In this document: piece after piece, positions 13,841 through 27,692 of the stretch
How the letters are laid out: each line of letters starts with the position of its first letter
How positions within the stretch are numbered: the stretch's first letter is position 1
Origin: Octopus vulgaris
Taxonomy: Eukaryota
Assembly (NCBI GenBank): GCA_951406725.2
Contig: OX597840.1
Coordinates: forward strand, 18,786,001-18,850,000
Reading direction: 5' to 3'
Length of the DNA: 64,000 bases
The notes under the pieces: generated by a model
What the model saw: only the letters and a program-made list of their open reading frames with translations
Databases searched by the model: none
Told to the model about the DNA's origin: nothing
Position numbers and translations under genes: made by a program

Positions 13841-14372
13841 ATCAGCGGGTCTCATAAGGAGTACCTAGGTGACTGGAATGCTAATGAGTAAATATTAATG
13901 AGTGAGTCGTAACATCCATGAAAAGGAAAGCTATCTTGTTGAATTGTTCCAACGACAGGCACGACTCATTGAGAATATATGCATATGTATGTCCATGCGT
14001 ACATCCATACATACATGTCTAGTCTACATACATACATACATGAATACATACATGCATAATGAGTACATACATTACATACATGCATACTTACATACATACA
14101 TACATACATACATGTCTAGTCATACATACATACATGAATACATACATACATGCATACATACATACATACATACATACATACATGTCTAGTCATACATACA
14201 TACATACATACATAAATACATACATACATACATACATACATACATACATAATACATGCATACATAATACATACATACATACATACATACATACATACATA
14301 CATACATGTCTAGTCATACATACATACATACATACATACATACATACATACATACATACATACATACATACA

Positions 14373-14403
<31 letters not shown>

Positions 14404-15250
14404 GTGTGTGTGTGTATATGTATGATTTAATATACACATTTACGAAAGACCTACAACTAGTTTCATGCTTTTAAGATACATTACATTTGGCAGATTTATA
14501 TAACATGCTATGTATCTCCAAGCAATCCTTTAGACTCAGCTCATAAGTAAGATGTATTTAAAAACGAGGACCCTGGAGAGAAAAAACGAGAAGAATAATC
14601 TCAGAACAACGTAGGGTGAAATGTTTTGCTCAAGAACATAACGCAGCATCCAGTTCAAGAATTGAAACCACATCTCACGATCGTTAGTGCAATGCCTCGC
14701 TCTAACCATCTGGCCATACATATAGCAAGTGTATGTAAGATTCATTTGAATCAAGATGTTTTAAAAACAAGGACATCAATTTATGGGTTGAGATTACCGC
14801 AGCCATGTATATTACTCAGGCATACACCCATGTATATGCAGACATGTCTCAACACTTACATACACACTGGGAACTCCAGGGAAGGTTCTAAGTGTGGTAT
14901 TTACATAAAGAAAGAACCTAAACGGGTTATGGTTCACTGCAGCTGTCTCAGACATACTTTTATTGATGAATAAACCAAATACATTATGGGAAAGACCGTC
15001 TTTTTTCAGGTGAATTAAAAGCTTAAAATTTTAGAATTAAAGATTTGGGTTGGAGAATACCGAGATGCGGAACATATGTTGACTCTCTTATTGTGACATC
15101 AAGTGAGAAAATTACTCTCGAAGCTTTTAGTTCACCGGAACATCCGAAGAAAACGTTTTTCTTTTTGATTGATGTAATTAGTATATTCAGCAATAAAAAA
15201 ACACGTCTGAAACAGCTGTATAGCGAAACTTAACCCATTTGTGCTCATTC

Positions 15251-15364
<114 letters not shown>

Positions 15365-15599
15365 CAGACACACACACATATATACATACGGCTTTATGTG
15401 CCTGACGAGTCAGACTCGTTCGACGAGCCTACGATACTTTGAGTTGCATTGAGCTGAATCGAACTCTTATCAAATAAATAAATGATACATGTAAGTCCTA
15501 CCAAACGTGTTGAGTGCCACTTACGTTTGTCCACTCGTGTATACACTCACACACACACACATACACACATGTAAGGCCATATAAGATGCTATGAAGAGT

Positions 15600-15800
15600 G
15601 TGTGTGTGATTTTAAGTACTTTGGGTTCTCTGTTGTATACAGTAAGAGAGACGTCTTGATGCGAAAGAGACTAGTCTCGAGTGCTTCCAACATGCTGCAA
15701 AGCATCTGGCAATCAAACATTTCAATCTTAACAAGGCTGGCCATCTTCAGGGTGTGCACAGAGAGCATTCTTCTCAATGGAGTCAAAACCTGAATTATGA
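15600..15800 (+). mobile_element. RTE-like LINE fragment
   Basis: DFKYFG..ASNMLQSIW.S.IS...RL.IFR.C.ESILL.G..TW-like translation. Confidence 0.55.
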
Positions 15801-15903
15801 AGGCGTTTCCTGTCGCTTTTCGCGATGGCTCATTACAACTTATGGCATAAACAGAAAAGCAAAGAGGAAACTTATGAATAAACCTCACTCATCTCTACAA
15901 ATA

Positions 15904-16120
15904 TGAGGGGGTGCTGAAAAGTCCTGGCTTTAAGGGTGTCCTGAAAGGCCTGGTTGGAAGCCCAGCTTTTTTAGTTCTTTTACGGGGTTTAGAAAAAATG
16001 AAGGACCGCTGCAATAAATGTGTGAATCTGAGAGAGGAGTATGGTGAATAAAATCCTAATTAACTGATCCTCCTGTAGTTTCTTTTACCGAAAGTCCAGG
16101 AACTTTTAAGCACCTATTCG
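15904..16120 (+). mobile_element. Mariner-derived MITE
   Basis: TA target duplication, about 25-bp imperfect TIRs (gaggggtgctgaaaag.cctgg / ccaggaacttttaagcacctattcg), remnant transposase C-terminus DRCNKCVNLRGEYGE*. Confidence 0.75.
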
Positions 16121-16559
16121 TATTGCTCAACACAAGACCAAGAAGGAACTTTCCATCCGGAACCACCTGTACCACTGATGGAAGGGGCTTGCGAGCAAGA
16201 ATTGGACTCATCAGTCACTTCAGGATCCATAAAAAATACTAAAAAATAGACAAAACCAAAAACAAACAAACAAAGACCCCCATCCTTGACCTCGGGGGAC
16301 AGCCGCGGCGACTCAACACAGGATAAGCTACGCTGGCTAACTGCTATCGTGCAGAACAACGAGCCAAATCAGATGCTATATTTTGGAGGCTTCTACACAG
16401 TAACAGAGGGAGCAAACCATTCTACTACATTTGTGTAGCCATAACACTTTTAAATTAAATGGCTCCATTGGCCGCCATAATTGCACCTATTGGGGACTTA
16501 ACAATATGTATATTACGGAGGAGCATCATGTTAATTTCTCGGGAGTTACTGTAAGGTGC

Positions 16560-16930
16560 AGTTTAAGGATTAATTGAGCCATTCTTTTTTTACGGTAGTG
16601 ATTGTTCCCATTTCCTTGAACTTGCTGTGACGATCCGTTATGCAAAGCATTCAAGAGGACTTTGAAGTTGTGGAATTTTTTTCCTGCAAGATGTTGCACC
16701 TCAGTAACTCAGCACCTCAGTATTTCAGTAAGGCATGACCCTATTTTGACTCGGTCTTGCTCAACCAGTAGATTGGACGAAGAGGTTCAGCAGAAAATTC
16801 TCCGCGTTGACTGAACTTCAAACCATTATTTTTTTTTTATAGGTATACATAAAAGGTAATGTCTATGGTACAAAATTGGCAACAGTCGACGAATTGGGAG
16901 TATATACATCGAGGGCGCACTCTGACGCAA
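16560..16930 (+). mobile_element. Highly decayed IS630-Tc1-mariner transposase fragment
   Basis: Remnants of QDGAP..IGRRG..P..FF..G..K..VY motifs. Confidence 0.45.
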
Positions 16931-17869
16931 AGCTTCCGATACAAAGAGCGAGAAATGACACCCTTAGACAAACAGTTTAGCAAGAATTTTCAAGCAACTA
17001 TGACAGACACGGCCAAAATCCTTCACGGGTGTTAAGCGAAACGACAAAGTTTTCAGTAAATTTCTTAATTTAAGGACTAGGGCCTACTAGTTCGAAACAT
17101 AGGAGAGCGTCTCCAGTGGGACTAACTTTACGGAAGCCATGTTGGATGTCATGGATAGAAGAGAGAAAGAAAGAGAGATATAAGACAGAGGGAGAGAAGG
17201 AGAGAGAGAGGGAGGAAGAGGGAGAGAGAGAGGGAAGGAGAGAGAAGGCGGAGAGGAAACGAGAGAGGAGAGAGAGGGAACAAGAGAAGAGAAGAGAGTG
17301 AGAGAGAGGGGAAGGGAGGGGAGAAGGACAAATAGAGAGGGAGAGCGAAGGAAAGAGAGGAGAAAGAGAGAGGGAAAGCGGGAGAGACAGATGGAGAGAA
17401 GTAGAGAGAAAGAGGGTGAGGAGGGAGAAAGAGGGAGAGAGTGAGAGGGAGACAAAGATTCGGTATGGATCGCAGTGAAGAAATGAGGTAATAAAACCAG
17501 AATTTACAGACAACGAGGAGCCCGAACAATGGTTTCTAATGTCGGCACAAGGCCAGCAGTGTTGAGGTCGGGTGTTTAGTGGAATGAATACCCTGACTGT
17601 TACTTTGTTTCCTCGACCTCGGAACGCTGAAAGGCAAAGTTACCCTTGGCGGGATTAACATTCAGAACGTAGAGGATCAAAAGAAATATATTTGAACTGG
17701 ATTAGATTGGATTATCTATGTTCAGTCCACTGCAGGACGAAAGCCAAGGCATATTCTCTCCACCAACCACGGTCCGATATGGAGGCCACGAACCTGAGCT
17801 TGAGATTACACTGATTTGATGGCCCAGCATGGTTTGGCAGAGGGGTGCTGTTTTTATACTCATACTCGG

Positions 17870-18216
17870 GAGTACTTAAGACGATTACATCGACCCCCAG
17901 TGTACAGCTGGTACTTTTGTCAACCTCGAAAGGATGAAAGGCAAAATCGACCTCGGTGGAATTTGAACTCAGAACGTAAGGAGGAACGAAATACCTATTT
18001 CTTTACTACCCACAAGGGGATAAACACAGAGAGGACAAACAAGGACAGACAAACGGGTGGAGTAAATTATATCGACCCCAGTGCTTAACTGGTACTTATT
18101 TAATCGACCCCGAAAGGATGAAAGGCAAAGTCGGCCTCGGCGGAATTTGAACTCAGAACGTAACGGCAGATGAAATACCGCTAAGCATTTTGCCCATCGT
18201 GCTAAGGATTCTGCCA
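17870..18216 (-). mobile_element. tRNA-derived SINE family B, head plus two tandem cores
   Basis: Minus strand: A box TGGCAGAATCCTTAG, B box GAGTTCAAATTCC, core GCCTTTCATCCTTTCGGGGTCGAT..AAGTACCAG (Meta/MESC-like); other copies near 5800-5970, 6830-7235, 19140-19340 and 28735-28890. Confidence 0.85.
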
Positions 18217-18483
18217 TTATTTTCTGTTAACGAATTTTGTTCCAAAGAAGGCTTAAGGCCATCGTAGTGAAGAAAAGCCTACGTAAAGGACTGAATACCA
18301 CTGTCCATTTTCCGGCGCTCTACCGATTCTATCAGAGCGTGAAATAATTGGTTTTTAACGGCGGAATTTGAAGAAGATATAGCTATAAATTATAGTGTAC
18401 ATATTGGGTTAAAAACCCTTTGGAGCAGAAAGTTTGAAGGCTGCCCGTGGGATTCGAACTCACATTCTCTATAAAAACATGAC

Positions 18484-18910
18484 AGGCACAGGAGTGGCTG
18501 TGTGGTAAGTAGCTTGCTTACCAACCACATGGTTCAGGGTTCAGTCCCACTGCGTGGCACCCTGGGCAAGTGTCTTCTACTATAGCCTCGGGCCGACCAA
18601 AGCCTTGTGAGTGGATTTGATAGACGGAAACTGAAAGAAGCCCGTCGTATATATATATATACATACATATATATATATATATATATGTGCGTGTGTTTGT
18701 GTGTCTGTGTTTGTACCCCTAGCATTGCTTGACAACCGATGCTGGTGTGTTTATGTCCCCGTCACTTAGCGGTTCGGCAAAAGAGACTGATAGAATAAGT
18801 ACTGGGCTTACAAAGAATAAGTCTCGGGGTCGAGGTGCTCGATTAAAGGTGGTGCTCCAGCATGGCCGCAGTCAAATGACTGAAACAAGTAAAAGAGAGA
18901 GTAAAAAAGA
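18484..18910 (+). mobile_element. tRNA-derived SINE family A, full length
   Basis: A box TGGCTGTGTGG, B box GGTTCAGTCCC, internal (TA)n, 3' tail GGTGCTCCAGCATGGCCGCAGTCAAATGACTGAAACAAGTAAAAGA; more than 12 full or partial copies in window. Confidence 0.9.
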
Positions 18911-19597
18911 GACGTTCAACCATTACAAATTACTCTACCCATTTGTTCTTAACAACGAGAGTCGGATGTTGTTAACGTCATAAGAATTTAGAAACTTCGC
19001 GAGAGCGTGAAATAATTTGTTTTTAAGGGTTGAACTCGAAGTAGATAACGCTATAAATATAAACGTGTAAATATTCGGTTAAAAACCCTTTGGAAACGAA
19101 AAATCGAAGGCTATTATTTATAGCTATGGCTGGGGCGGTGAGGTGGCACTAGCATGCCGGACGAATGCTTAGCAGCATTTCTTCCGGCTTTACGTCCTGA
19201 GATCAAATTTCACCACGGTCGACTTTTTCTTTCGTCATTTCGGGGTCGATAAAATATAAACCTCTCAAGTAATGGAGTGTATGTAATTGACTGGCCCTCT
19301 TCCTCCCATTTTCATGCCTTGAACCTGTAGTAGAAAGAATTACATATAGCTTTATCTACTTCGAGTTCACCCATTAAAAACGAATCATTTCGGGATTAAA
19401 TGTTTTTTAAAAAAATTTCATCATTATTTGATCCACTGAGCTGTAGAATCTATAACTCTGTTGAACCTCCACGTACTCCCAGAAATAAAAAAAAGAGAGA
19501 GAGAGAGAGAACACAGCCAGTCCTTACAAACTGGGATGAACAGTGAGCATGTATGGGACCGATTTGGTAAAAAGAAAAAAAAAAGACGAATACTTAC

Positions 19598-19751
19598 AGG
19601 CAGTGAGCAGCAGTGAGGACATGCTGGGAATCGATCAGAGAACCGCTGCAACCGAAATCTTTGCCATCCTTCTTTATAGCAACGAAAACGACGTGTGGGA
19701 GTTTACAAATATCAGCAAATGTGCCGTTAACAATGTGATGTCTGCGGCCCT
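19598..19751 (-). CDS. S1A serine protease gene 1, exon 2 (EGRRHH-IVNGTFADICKLPHVVFVAIKKDGKDFGCSGSLIDSQHVLTAAHC)
   Basis: Pyrimidine tract plus AG acceptor, GTAAGT donor; IVNG mature N-terminus and TAAHC catalytic His motif. Confidence 0.96.
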
Positions 19752-19889
19752 CTGTTAGAAGAAGAAATAACAAAAGATGTTTTATTTATTAAAATTAACA
19801 AGCTAAATGTTATGCACCGTTAAAAGTGAAGCTCTTTTAACTTTTATTTCAAAGAAAAATTCTTAATAGATCTGTTGTGTTAAAAATGT

Positions 19890-19921
<32 letters not shown>

Positions 19922-20003
19922 TGTATGTATGTATGTATGTATGTATGTATGTATGTGTGTATGTATGTATGTATGTATGTATGTATGTATGAACGTACGT
20001 ACG

Positions 20004-20035
<32 letters not shown>

Positions 20036-20424
20036 TATATGTCTTGTTCTCACTGTCCTGTTCTCGTTACCACTTTCACCCTCCGCAAAAAATCCCAAAT
20101 TTTAATTAATTTGCTTTGCGGGAAGTAGTGTTTTAACGAAGTCGCGTACTGTCCTTGCCTTCGTGACGCGGAGTAGATAAAACAGGGGACAACTGAAGAA
20201 GGGGAATATTCTTTGTTGCATGTTTCGTTTCTCTGTTTGTTTTTTTCGTTGTTCGAAAAGAAGTTCGTTTTCTGTTTTTGTTTTTATGTTTTCGTTCCCC
20301 ATTGTGTTCAATGTTTTTTGATGTCCCATATATGCATGTATATATGCATGTATATATGCATGTATATATACATACATATATATATATATATATATGTAGG
20401 TATGTACATATATGTATGCATATA

Positions 20425-20491
<67 letters not shown>

Positions 20492-21413
20492 ATATGGGTA
20501 CAGGACATCGAAAAAAGGTTGAACACAATGAGAAACGTAAACAAATAGGGAAAGGTGGGAGAGAAAACCAGAAAGGATGAAGAACAAGAGAGAGAGAGGG
20601 AGATAGACAGAGAAGGGAGAGTACAGGTAGAAGAGTGCGCATCGTAATTATTAAGATACCAATCTTTCCCCCCTCTACAGGGAAACATATCAATGCTGCA
20701 CGTTCCTCTGCTTCTACTTCTCTCTCATCTCTTCCCACGTGACCGATCGGCCAAGCCTGCTCTTTCTTTCTTGCTCTGAGCGTTGTCCGTGCAACATTGA
20801 TATTTTTCCCTGTTTGTGAAATTTTTGTAACTCTACCGTAAGGCTTCATTTCCACGCGCACCAGCTTAATTCAATTCGTCCTTAGTCGAAAGACACCTGT
20901 TGTTATGTCCTGTTATTATTATTATTGTATGTTTTATTGTATTTATATTTGTGTAACATTGTCCGTTTTTTTCCGTCCTTGTTTTTACATACATTCGCTG
21001 CTTTCTTCCAAGGAATCTAATGCTCTTAGCTTAGTTTTTCCTTGGGGCTGGCCAGATTGGAGAAATCTCAAGAATAATCAGCCGAAATTGCGAAGATAAT
21101 CTGGTACTTGACTGAAGAAAGAAAACTTCGAATGACCCGTCCTTGTTTTCTTTGCATCGTCTATCTGGATGTTTTGTTGTCCCTTTTTGTATCACCTAGC
21201 TCTCCGAATGTTTTGCGTTCTGGTCCAATTTTGTATGTATATATATATATAGAAAATTAGAAAAAAACCACCTTTTATCAATTCAAAATGAACAATTAAA
21301 TTACACCATCTAGAAAATTACATATAATAGAAATATTAAAATTAAAATAGCAATGAAATGTCAATGATTAGGCAAATTTCAAAAAAATGATAAAAACGTA
21401 TATAATTGGTAGA

Positions 21414-21502
21414 ATAAGACACGTGTTTCATGGCTATATTTAAGAAATGATTATAGCAGTAGTGAAATCACTTCGATATAAATATAGTCACTCATCAGGT
21501 TA
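21414..21502 (-). ncRNA. Hammerhead ribozyme motif with damaged stem I
   Basis: CTGATGA; 13-bp stem II; GAAA-CACGTG-TC; G missing after the cleavage site compared with the copy at 9793-9875. Confidence 0.6.
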
Positions 21503-21544
21503 AAAATAAACTAGAATAATAAAATAATTAATTAATAAATATAC

Positions 21545-21602
<58 letters not shown>

Positions 21603-21952
21603 CTAAATATACATAAGTGAAAACTAAAACAATACTTAAATTATTGAATACTTTGAAATTAAATAAAATACACAAAGCTAGTACAAGTCATTAAATTGTA
21701 ATCAAAATAAGAAATGGTTCAAATATAGACAAACTCCTTAAATAAGCTAACTATATAATAAATATACATGTGTAGTATCTATAGATTTAATATACCAATC
21801 TATAACAAAGTTGACTAAATATCAAATAATATAATACCTAATTAACTTAAAATTTAATATTACAAATAAATAAGCCACCTAATAATTAAATAATATATTG
21901 TCTGCCGAAATTAATTCTTAAATTAAATCAAATGTAATACGTTAGATCCCTT

Positions 21953-21992
<40 letters not shown>

Positions 21993-22724
21993 AAAGAAAT
22001 AAATAAAGAGATATAAGAATTAATATCTATCGTAACTTATATCTATCAATATATATAAAAGGATATAATGGCGCGAATAATATGTTAATGGAAAGTAAGA
22101 AAACCTATCTACCCCAAAATTAAAGAAAGGTGCAAAAATATTAGAACCAAAGAACAATACACTATGAAGGTGTAGAATCACAGTCACCAGTCCTCTACAA
22201 AACCCAGTCAATAACAATAATAATAATAACAACGATCAAACTCAAAATAATAACAGGATTTAACTAATATTGATAAACAAACTAAGTTACTAAGTTCAAC
22301 GATTAAGTTAATCTATCTGGATTTTAAATGTATTAATATGTTTTAGCGTCTAATTAATATACCCAATACAATTCCTCTTCATGAATAATACAATTAAAAA
22401 TTTGGAAATAGTTCAAATATACTCAAATCTATTATATAAACTAGTTATATTAATATCTATGTATAATATCTATAGATTTAATATATCACTCGATAAAAAA
22501 GTTAAACACAAAATTTATATTAAAATAAAAACTAGTTTATTTAAAAATAATACTATTTAATGAAAATATTATCTAATTATTAAAAGAAATATAGTCTAAC
22601 AAAATTAATTCTCAAATTAAATAATATGTAAAACGCTAAATTCCTATATAATAATTAAAAGATATCATATCCAAAATCGAACGTAAAAAATACTATCAAG
22701 AAACTATAAATAAATAATAATATT

Positions 22725-22756
<32 letters not shown>

Positions 22757-23654
22757 AATAATAATATTTCAAACACAAAACGATTCCAAATTCAAATGAA
22801 CTAGGGAAACGATAAAATGTCAAACTTAACTTTGCTAAGTAAAAAAGTAACTAATTTTTGAAGTAAAATAGTTAAAGCGTTTATAAAATTTATCGCATGG
22901 AGACTTAGTGCAAAGAAATGGAATAAATACTCAATGAAAGTGGTAATTTTTTTATTAATGAAAAATACGAAAAAAACGAAAAATATTAAAGCCTCATGAA
23001 ATGTGAAAAAAAAAACACAACTTATGGAGAAACTAATATGAAGACAGCCAACTAAAACTAACAGGCACCTATTAATATATCTATAACAATATTAACCACA
23101 GCTAAATATTAATCCCAAAATAATACAAAATCCAAACGAAAAGGAGAAAAGAACGTTGCTAAGTTAGTTGAGAAGATATCGCTGGATTATAAACGTAAAG
23201 AATAGTTTTTAGCGTCTATGAGAAATAAAACTCGTGGAGACGTTGCGTGGAAAAATAGAATTAAAATTATTAATGAAAAAGGCTAAAAGGAATTTATTAA
23301 TGAAAATACGGGAATTATCTAAGCTTCATGAATCAAAGAAAATTAATAAAAATATAAAAATAGTATATTAAGTATTACTTGTTCATCAACACTACCCGGA
23401 CTCTACAACAAGCCGCACTCGATTATAAATATTATTATCATTAATATTATAATTATCAACATAATTATTATCATTATTAATATCATTATTAATTATTACC
23501 ATCACTACCAAAATCCAATCTATAACAAACTAGATAATTATTGTTATTATTGTTATTGACTGGTTTTGTATAGGACTGGTGATTGTGATTGTACATCTTC
23601 ATAGTGTATTGTTCTTCGGTTCTAATATTTTTGCACCTTTCTTTAATTTTGGGT

Positions 23655-24951
23655 AAAGTCATAGAGCGAATCATCAGAAAGAAGTTGATAATGTTCCTAG
23701 AAGAAAATGACCTGCTGAACAATACTCAGCATGGCTTCCATCCAGGAAGAAGCTGCCTCACACAGCTCCTACACCACTATGACTGGGTTTTGAAACAGAT
23801 GCTTAACCATTCAGATGTCAGTGTGATATATACCTTGATTCGCAAAGGCATTTGATAAGGTAGATCATGGCATGACAAGACATAAACTACGAGACCTTGG
23901 CATTGCTGGTAAACTAGGAGAGTGGCTGCATGACTTACTTAAAAACAGAAGCCAGGTAGTTGCAGCCAATGGCGCCCTTTCTGAGGAAACTCAAATCCTA
24001 AGTGGTGTCCCTCAGGGAACTGTTCTGGGGCCATTACTGTTCTTAATAGCCTCCTTAGACATGCCCACAGCCACTCGGACAGCCACTGCCGATGATACAA
24101 AATGACCAAAGGCAATAAAACCCAAGATGTTTCACAAGCTTACAGCGGGACCTGAACTCAATATAAAAGTGGGCCGAAATAAACAGTTTAATGCTGGTAA
24201 ATTTCAAGCACTGCATAAATGCAGTACAATCTACATTTACAAGACCCGAAGACACTACAATCCCAGAGTCACAGGCAGTGAAAGACTTGGGGATCAGTAT
24301 GTGCAATGACGCATCATTTTGTATGCACATAAACAAGATGGCAGCAAAGTGCAGACAATTAGCAGGATGGATACTGAGGTCCTTCAAGACACGAGACCAA
24401 GAAACTATGTTGACCCTGTGGAGAACCTTTGTTCTCAGTCGTCTGGACTACTGCTCCCAGTTATGGTCCCCACATAGTGCCAAACTAACAGCGGAGCTTG
24501 AATCAGTCCAACGCCACTACACTAAAAAGATTGAAACTGAGCAGCGGATGAGCTACAGCGGGAGGCTGAGAAAACTACAGCTTCACTCCCTGGAGCGAAG
24601 GAGTGAGAGATATGCAATGATATACAAATGGAAAATCCAAGAAGGGCTAGTACCTAACTTTGGCATTGAGTGTTATACAAATGCCAGAACTACCATCCAG
24701 TCCATCTAAATTCAGGACCAGGTATTGCAACAATTACTGCCGCAAAAATCAAGAAATTTGCATAAGATGGAAGTAGATGTCTTCAAAAAGGAACCAGACA
24801 GCCTCCTCTCCACAATATCCGATGAACCAACAGCAGGGACAAAGGCACATACAGGACTGGTGATGTGAAACAACCCAGACTGAGGAAATCAGAAAGACTA
24901 CGGTGGTGCTCCAGCATGACCGCGACCGCATGGCTGAAACTAGTAAAAGAG

Positions 24952-24954
<3 letters not shown>
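23655..24954 (+). mobile_element. 5'-truncated CR1/L2-group LINE (RT pseudogene)
   Basis: QHGF.PGRSCLTQLL, KAFDKVDH, SGVPQGTVLGPLLF, ADDTK, KDLGI, LDYCSQLWSP across frameshifts. Confidence 0.9.
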
Positions 24955-25007
<53 letters not shown>

Positions 25008-25177
25008 AAAATAAGGGTGAAAAAATTGGATATTAATTTAATAATACCATCAATTTAACACCAAGTGGTTTAGCGCATAAAAACCAGGGATACAATTCTT
25101 GGTGGTTGAGACCATAGCGGATCTATTTTTAGCGCAAGAGTCGACCACATAGTGGACACTCTCTTAAATTGTGTGTG

Positions 25178-25241
<64 letters not shown>

Positions 25242-25247
25242 TGTATG

Positions 25248-25307
<60 letters not shown>

Positions 25308-25515
25308 AATCTATATAGACAAACAATAAAAAAGAGGCAAATGGTTAAATAGGCATGGCTGTATGGGAAAGAAGCTCGCCTTGCAACCCTGTGGTTCCGG
25401 GTCCAGCTCCACTGCGCGGCACCTCGGGTAGGTACCTTCTACTATAGTTCCGGGTCGATCAATACCTTGCGAATGAATTTGGGAATCGAAAACTGGGTGG
25501 AGACCGAAGACCGTC

Positions 25516-25558
<43 letters not shown>

Positions 25559-25965
25559 CGTGGTGTGTGGTAAGAGACTTTCTAACCACATGGTTCCGGG
25601 TTCAGTCCCGCTTCGTGGCACCTTGGGCAACTGTTTCTATTATAGCCTTGGGCCGACCAAAGTTTTCTGAGTGGATTTGCTAGACAGAAACTGTATTTCG
25701 TCTGCCGTTACGTTCTGAGTTCAAATTCTACCGAGGTCGACTTTGCCTTTCATCCTTTCGAAGTCGATAAATAAAGTACCAGTTTCGCACTCAGGTCGAT
25801 GTAATCGACTTAATCCCTTTGTCTGTCCTTGTTTGTCCTCTCTGTGTTTAGCCTCTTGTGGGCAATAAAGAAATATATAAAATATCCCGGAAACAGCTGT
25901 AAGATCTTCTCTTGATAAATGTTATGAAATTTATTTACTGCCTTGGTTTTTTTATCCCATTCTAT

Positions 25966-26042
<77 letters not shown>

Positions 26043-26203
26043 CATATATATATATATATATATTGTAAAAAAACCGAAGAACAAACAGAATAGGGAAAAA
26101 GAACAACAACGTGAGGACGTGGTACATGCAAAGTATTAGCAGACGATCAGGGAAGGAAAGAAAGGTAGTTTTACGTTTCGTGCAAAGCCCTTATGTTTGT
26201 ATG

Positions 26204-26261
<58 letters not shown>

Positions 26262-26409
26262 CGGTTTAAGTAATTGAGATTCAAGTGAATTCTAATGAAT
26301 TCACATGAATATGGTCCTTAACTAGGATGCACCGGAAATCTATATGGTGTTAACCATACGACAAGTGGGGTGATTACAAATAGGAAAAAAGCAACAAGAA
26401 TGGATGTTT

Positions 26410-26497
26410 TTTCGGCTGACGAGTACGAGCCATCTATATTTACTGTTTTTTTTGTAGCTTATTAAAGATGTCCTCGTACGAAACAATTGTACCGAGA
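26410..26497 (+). ncRNA. Type I hammerhead ribozyme (Penelope pLTR type), intact core
   Basis: Stem I TTTCGG/CCGAGA; CTGACGA; stem II GTACGAG/CTCGTAC; GAAA; palindromic stem III ACAATTGT; GUA cleavage after 26491. Confidence 0.8.
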
Positions 26498-26522
26498 TTT
26501 TAATCCATTCTTGTTGTTTTTT

Positions 26523-26613
<91 letters not shown>

Positions 26614-26842
26614 GCTTTACGATACATAAATGCCTCACGTTAAGAGGGACTCTTAAAGTCAAAACTACCATTATGGTAGTTTTGACTTTAAGACTCCTTC
26701 CTAGCGTGAAGCATTTATGTATAGTAATGCCCTTAATCTAAATAAATATATTTAAAAGGAATAATTAATAAATGTTTCCCTTATGAGGTTTTTCACGCTA
26801 ACTACTTCATAATTCTTATAAAGATTTTATCCTACTTTTCAA

Positions 26843-26921
<79 letters not shown>

Positions 26922-27064
26922 CAGCAATCTCAAGATTAATCAGCCGGAATTGCGAGGATGATCCGGTACTTGACTGAAGATTAAAGGCTGATTTTTGTAT
27001 CGTGTATTTGGATGTTTTGCGTTCTTGTCCCGTTTTGTATGATATATATATAAGTATATATATA

Positions 27065-27112
<48 letters not shown>

Positions 27113-27137
27113 ATATATCTATCTATCTATCTATCTA

Positions 27138-27249
<112 letters not shown>

Positions 27250-27467
27250 TAGGGTGTTCAAAAAGTCTCTCCACAGTAAATGCTTTTCTCTAAGATGTAT
27301 TTCAAAACATGTATAGTGGTTCGGCAAAAGAGCCTGATACTAAGCTTACAAAGAAGTCCTGAGGTCGATTTCTTCGACTAAAACCCTTTAAGGCGATGCT
27401 CCAGCATGGCCTCAGTCTAATGACTGAAACAAATATAAAGAATGTAAGATAGTAAAAGTGACATTAC

Positions 27468-27516
27468 CTGCGAAAGCCACAAAGGCAAGAATTGATAAGC
27501 ATATAAGACGGAGCAT
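27468..27516 (-). CDS. S1A serine protease gene 1, exon 1 (signal peptide MLRLICLSILAFVAFA+G)
   Basis: ATG at 27516, hydrophobic 16-aa leader, GTAATG donor, phase 1 joins exon 2 in frame; TATA box about 50 nt upstream. Confidence 0.9.
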
Positions 27517-27565
27517 ATTGTTAGGTTGAGTGAAAGCAGAGCATTGTATGGGCCGAGTTTCAGCT

Positions 27566-27574
27566 CTTATATAA
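27566..27574 (-). promoter_or_regulatory. TATA box of protease gene 1
   Basis: TATATAAG about 50 nt upstream of the ATG, with Inr-like TTCACT near 27529-27534. Confidence 0.65.
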
Positions 27575-27650
27575 GGCACGGCTTGCGCAGAAGAAGCAAG
27601 GGCTGTGAGGACATGAGAGAGAGAGAGAGGGAGGATGATAGTGGGAGAAA

Positions 27651-27692
<42 letters not shown>

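Noticed and set aside
15395-15435. CTGACGA-GTC..GAC hammerhead candidate; also lone GAAACAGCTGT motifs at about 25890 and 28135
   Set aside because: GAAA is replaced by GAGC in the first; no CUGANGA partner for the others
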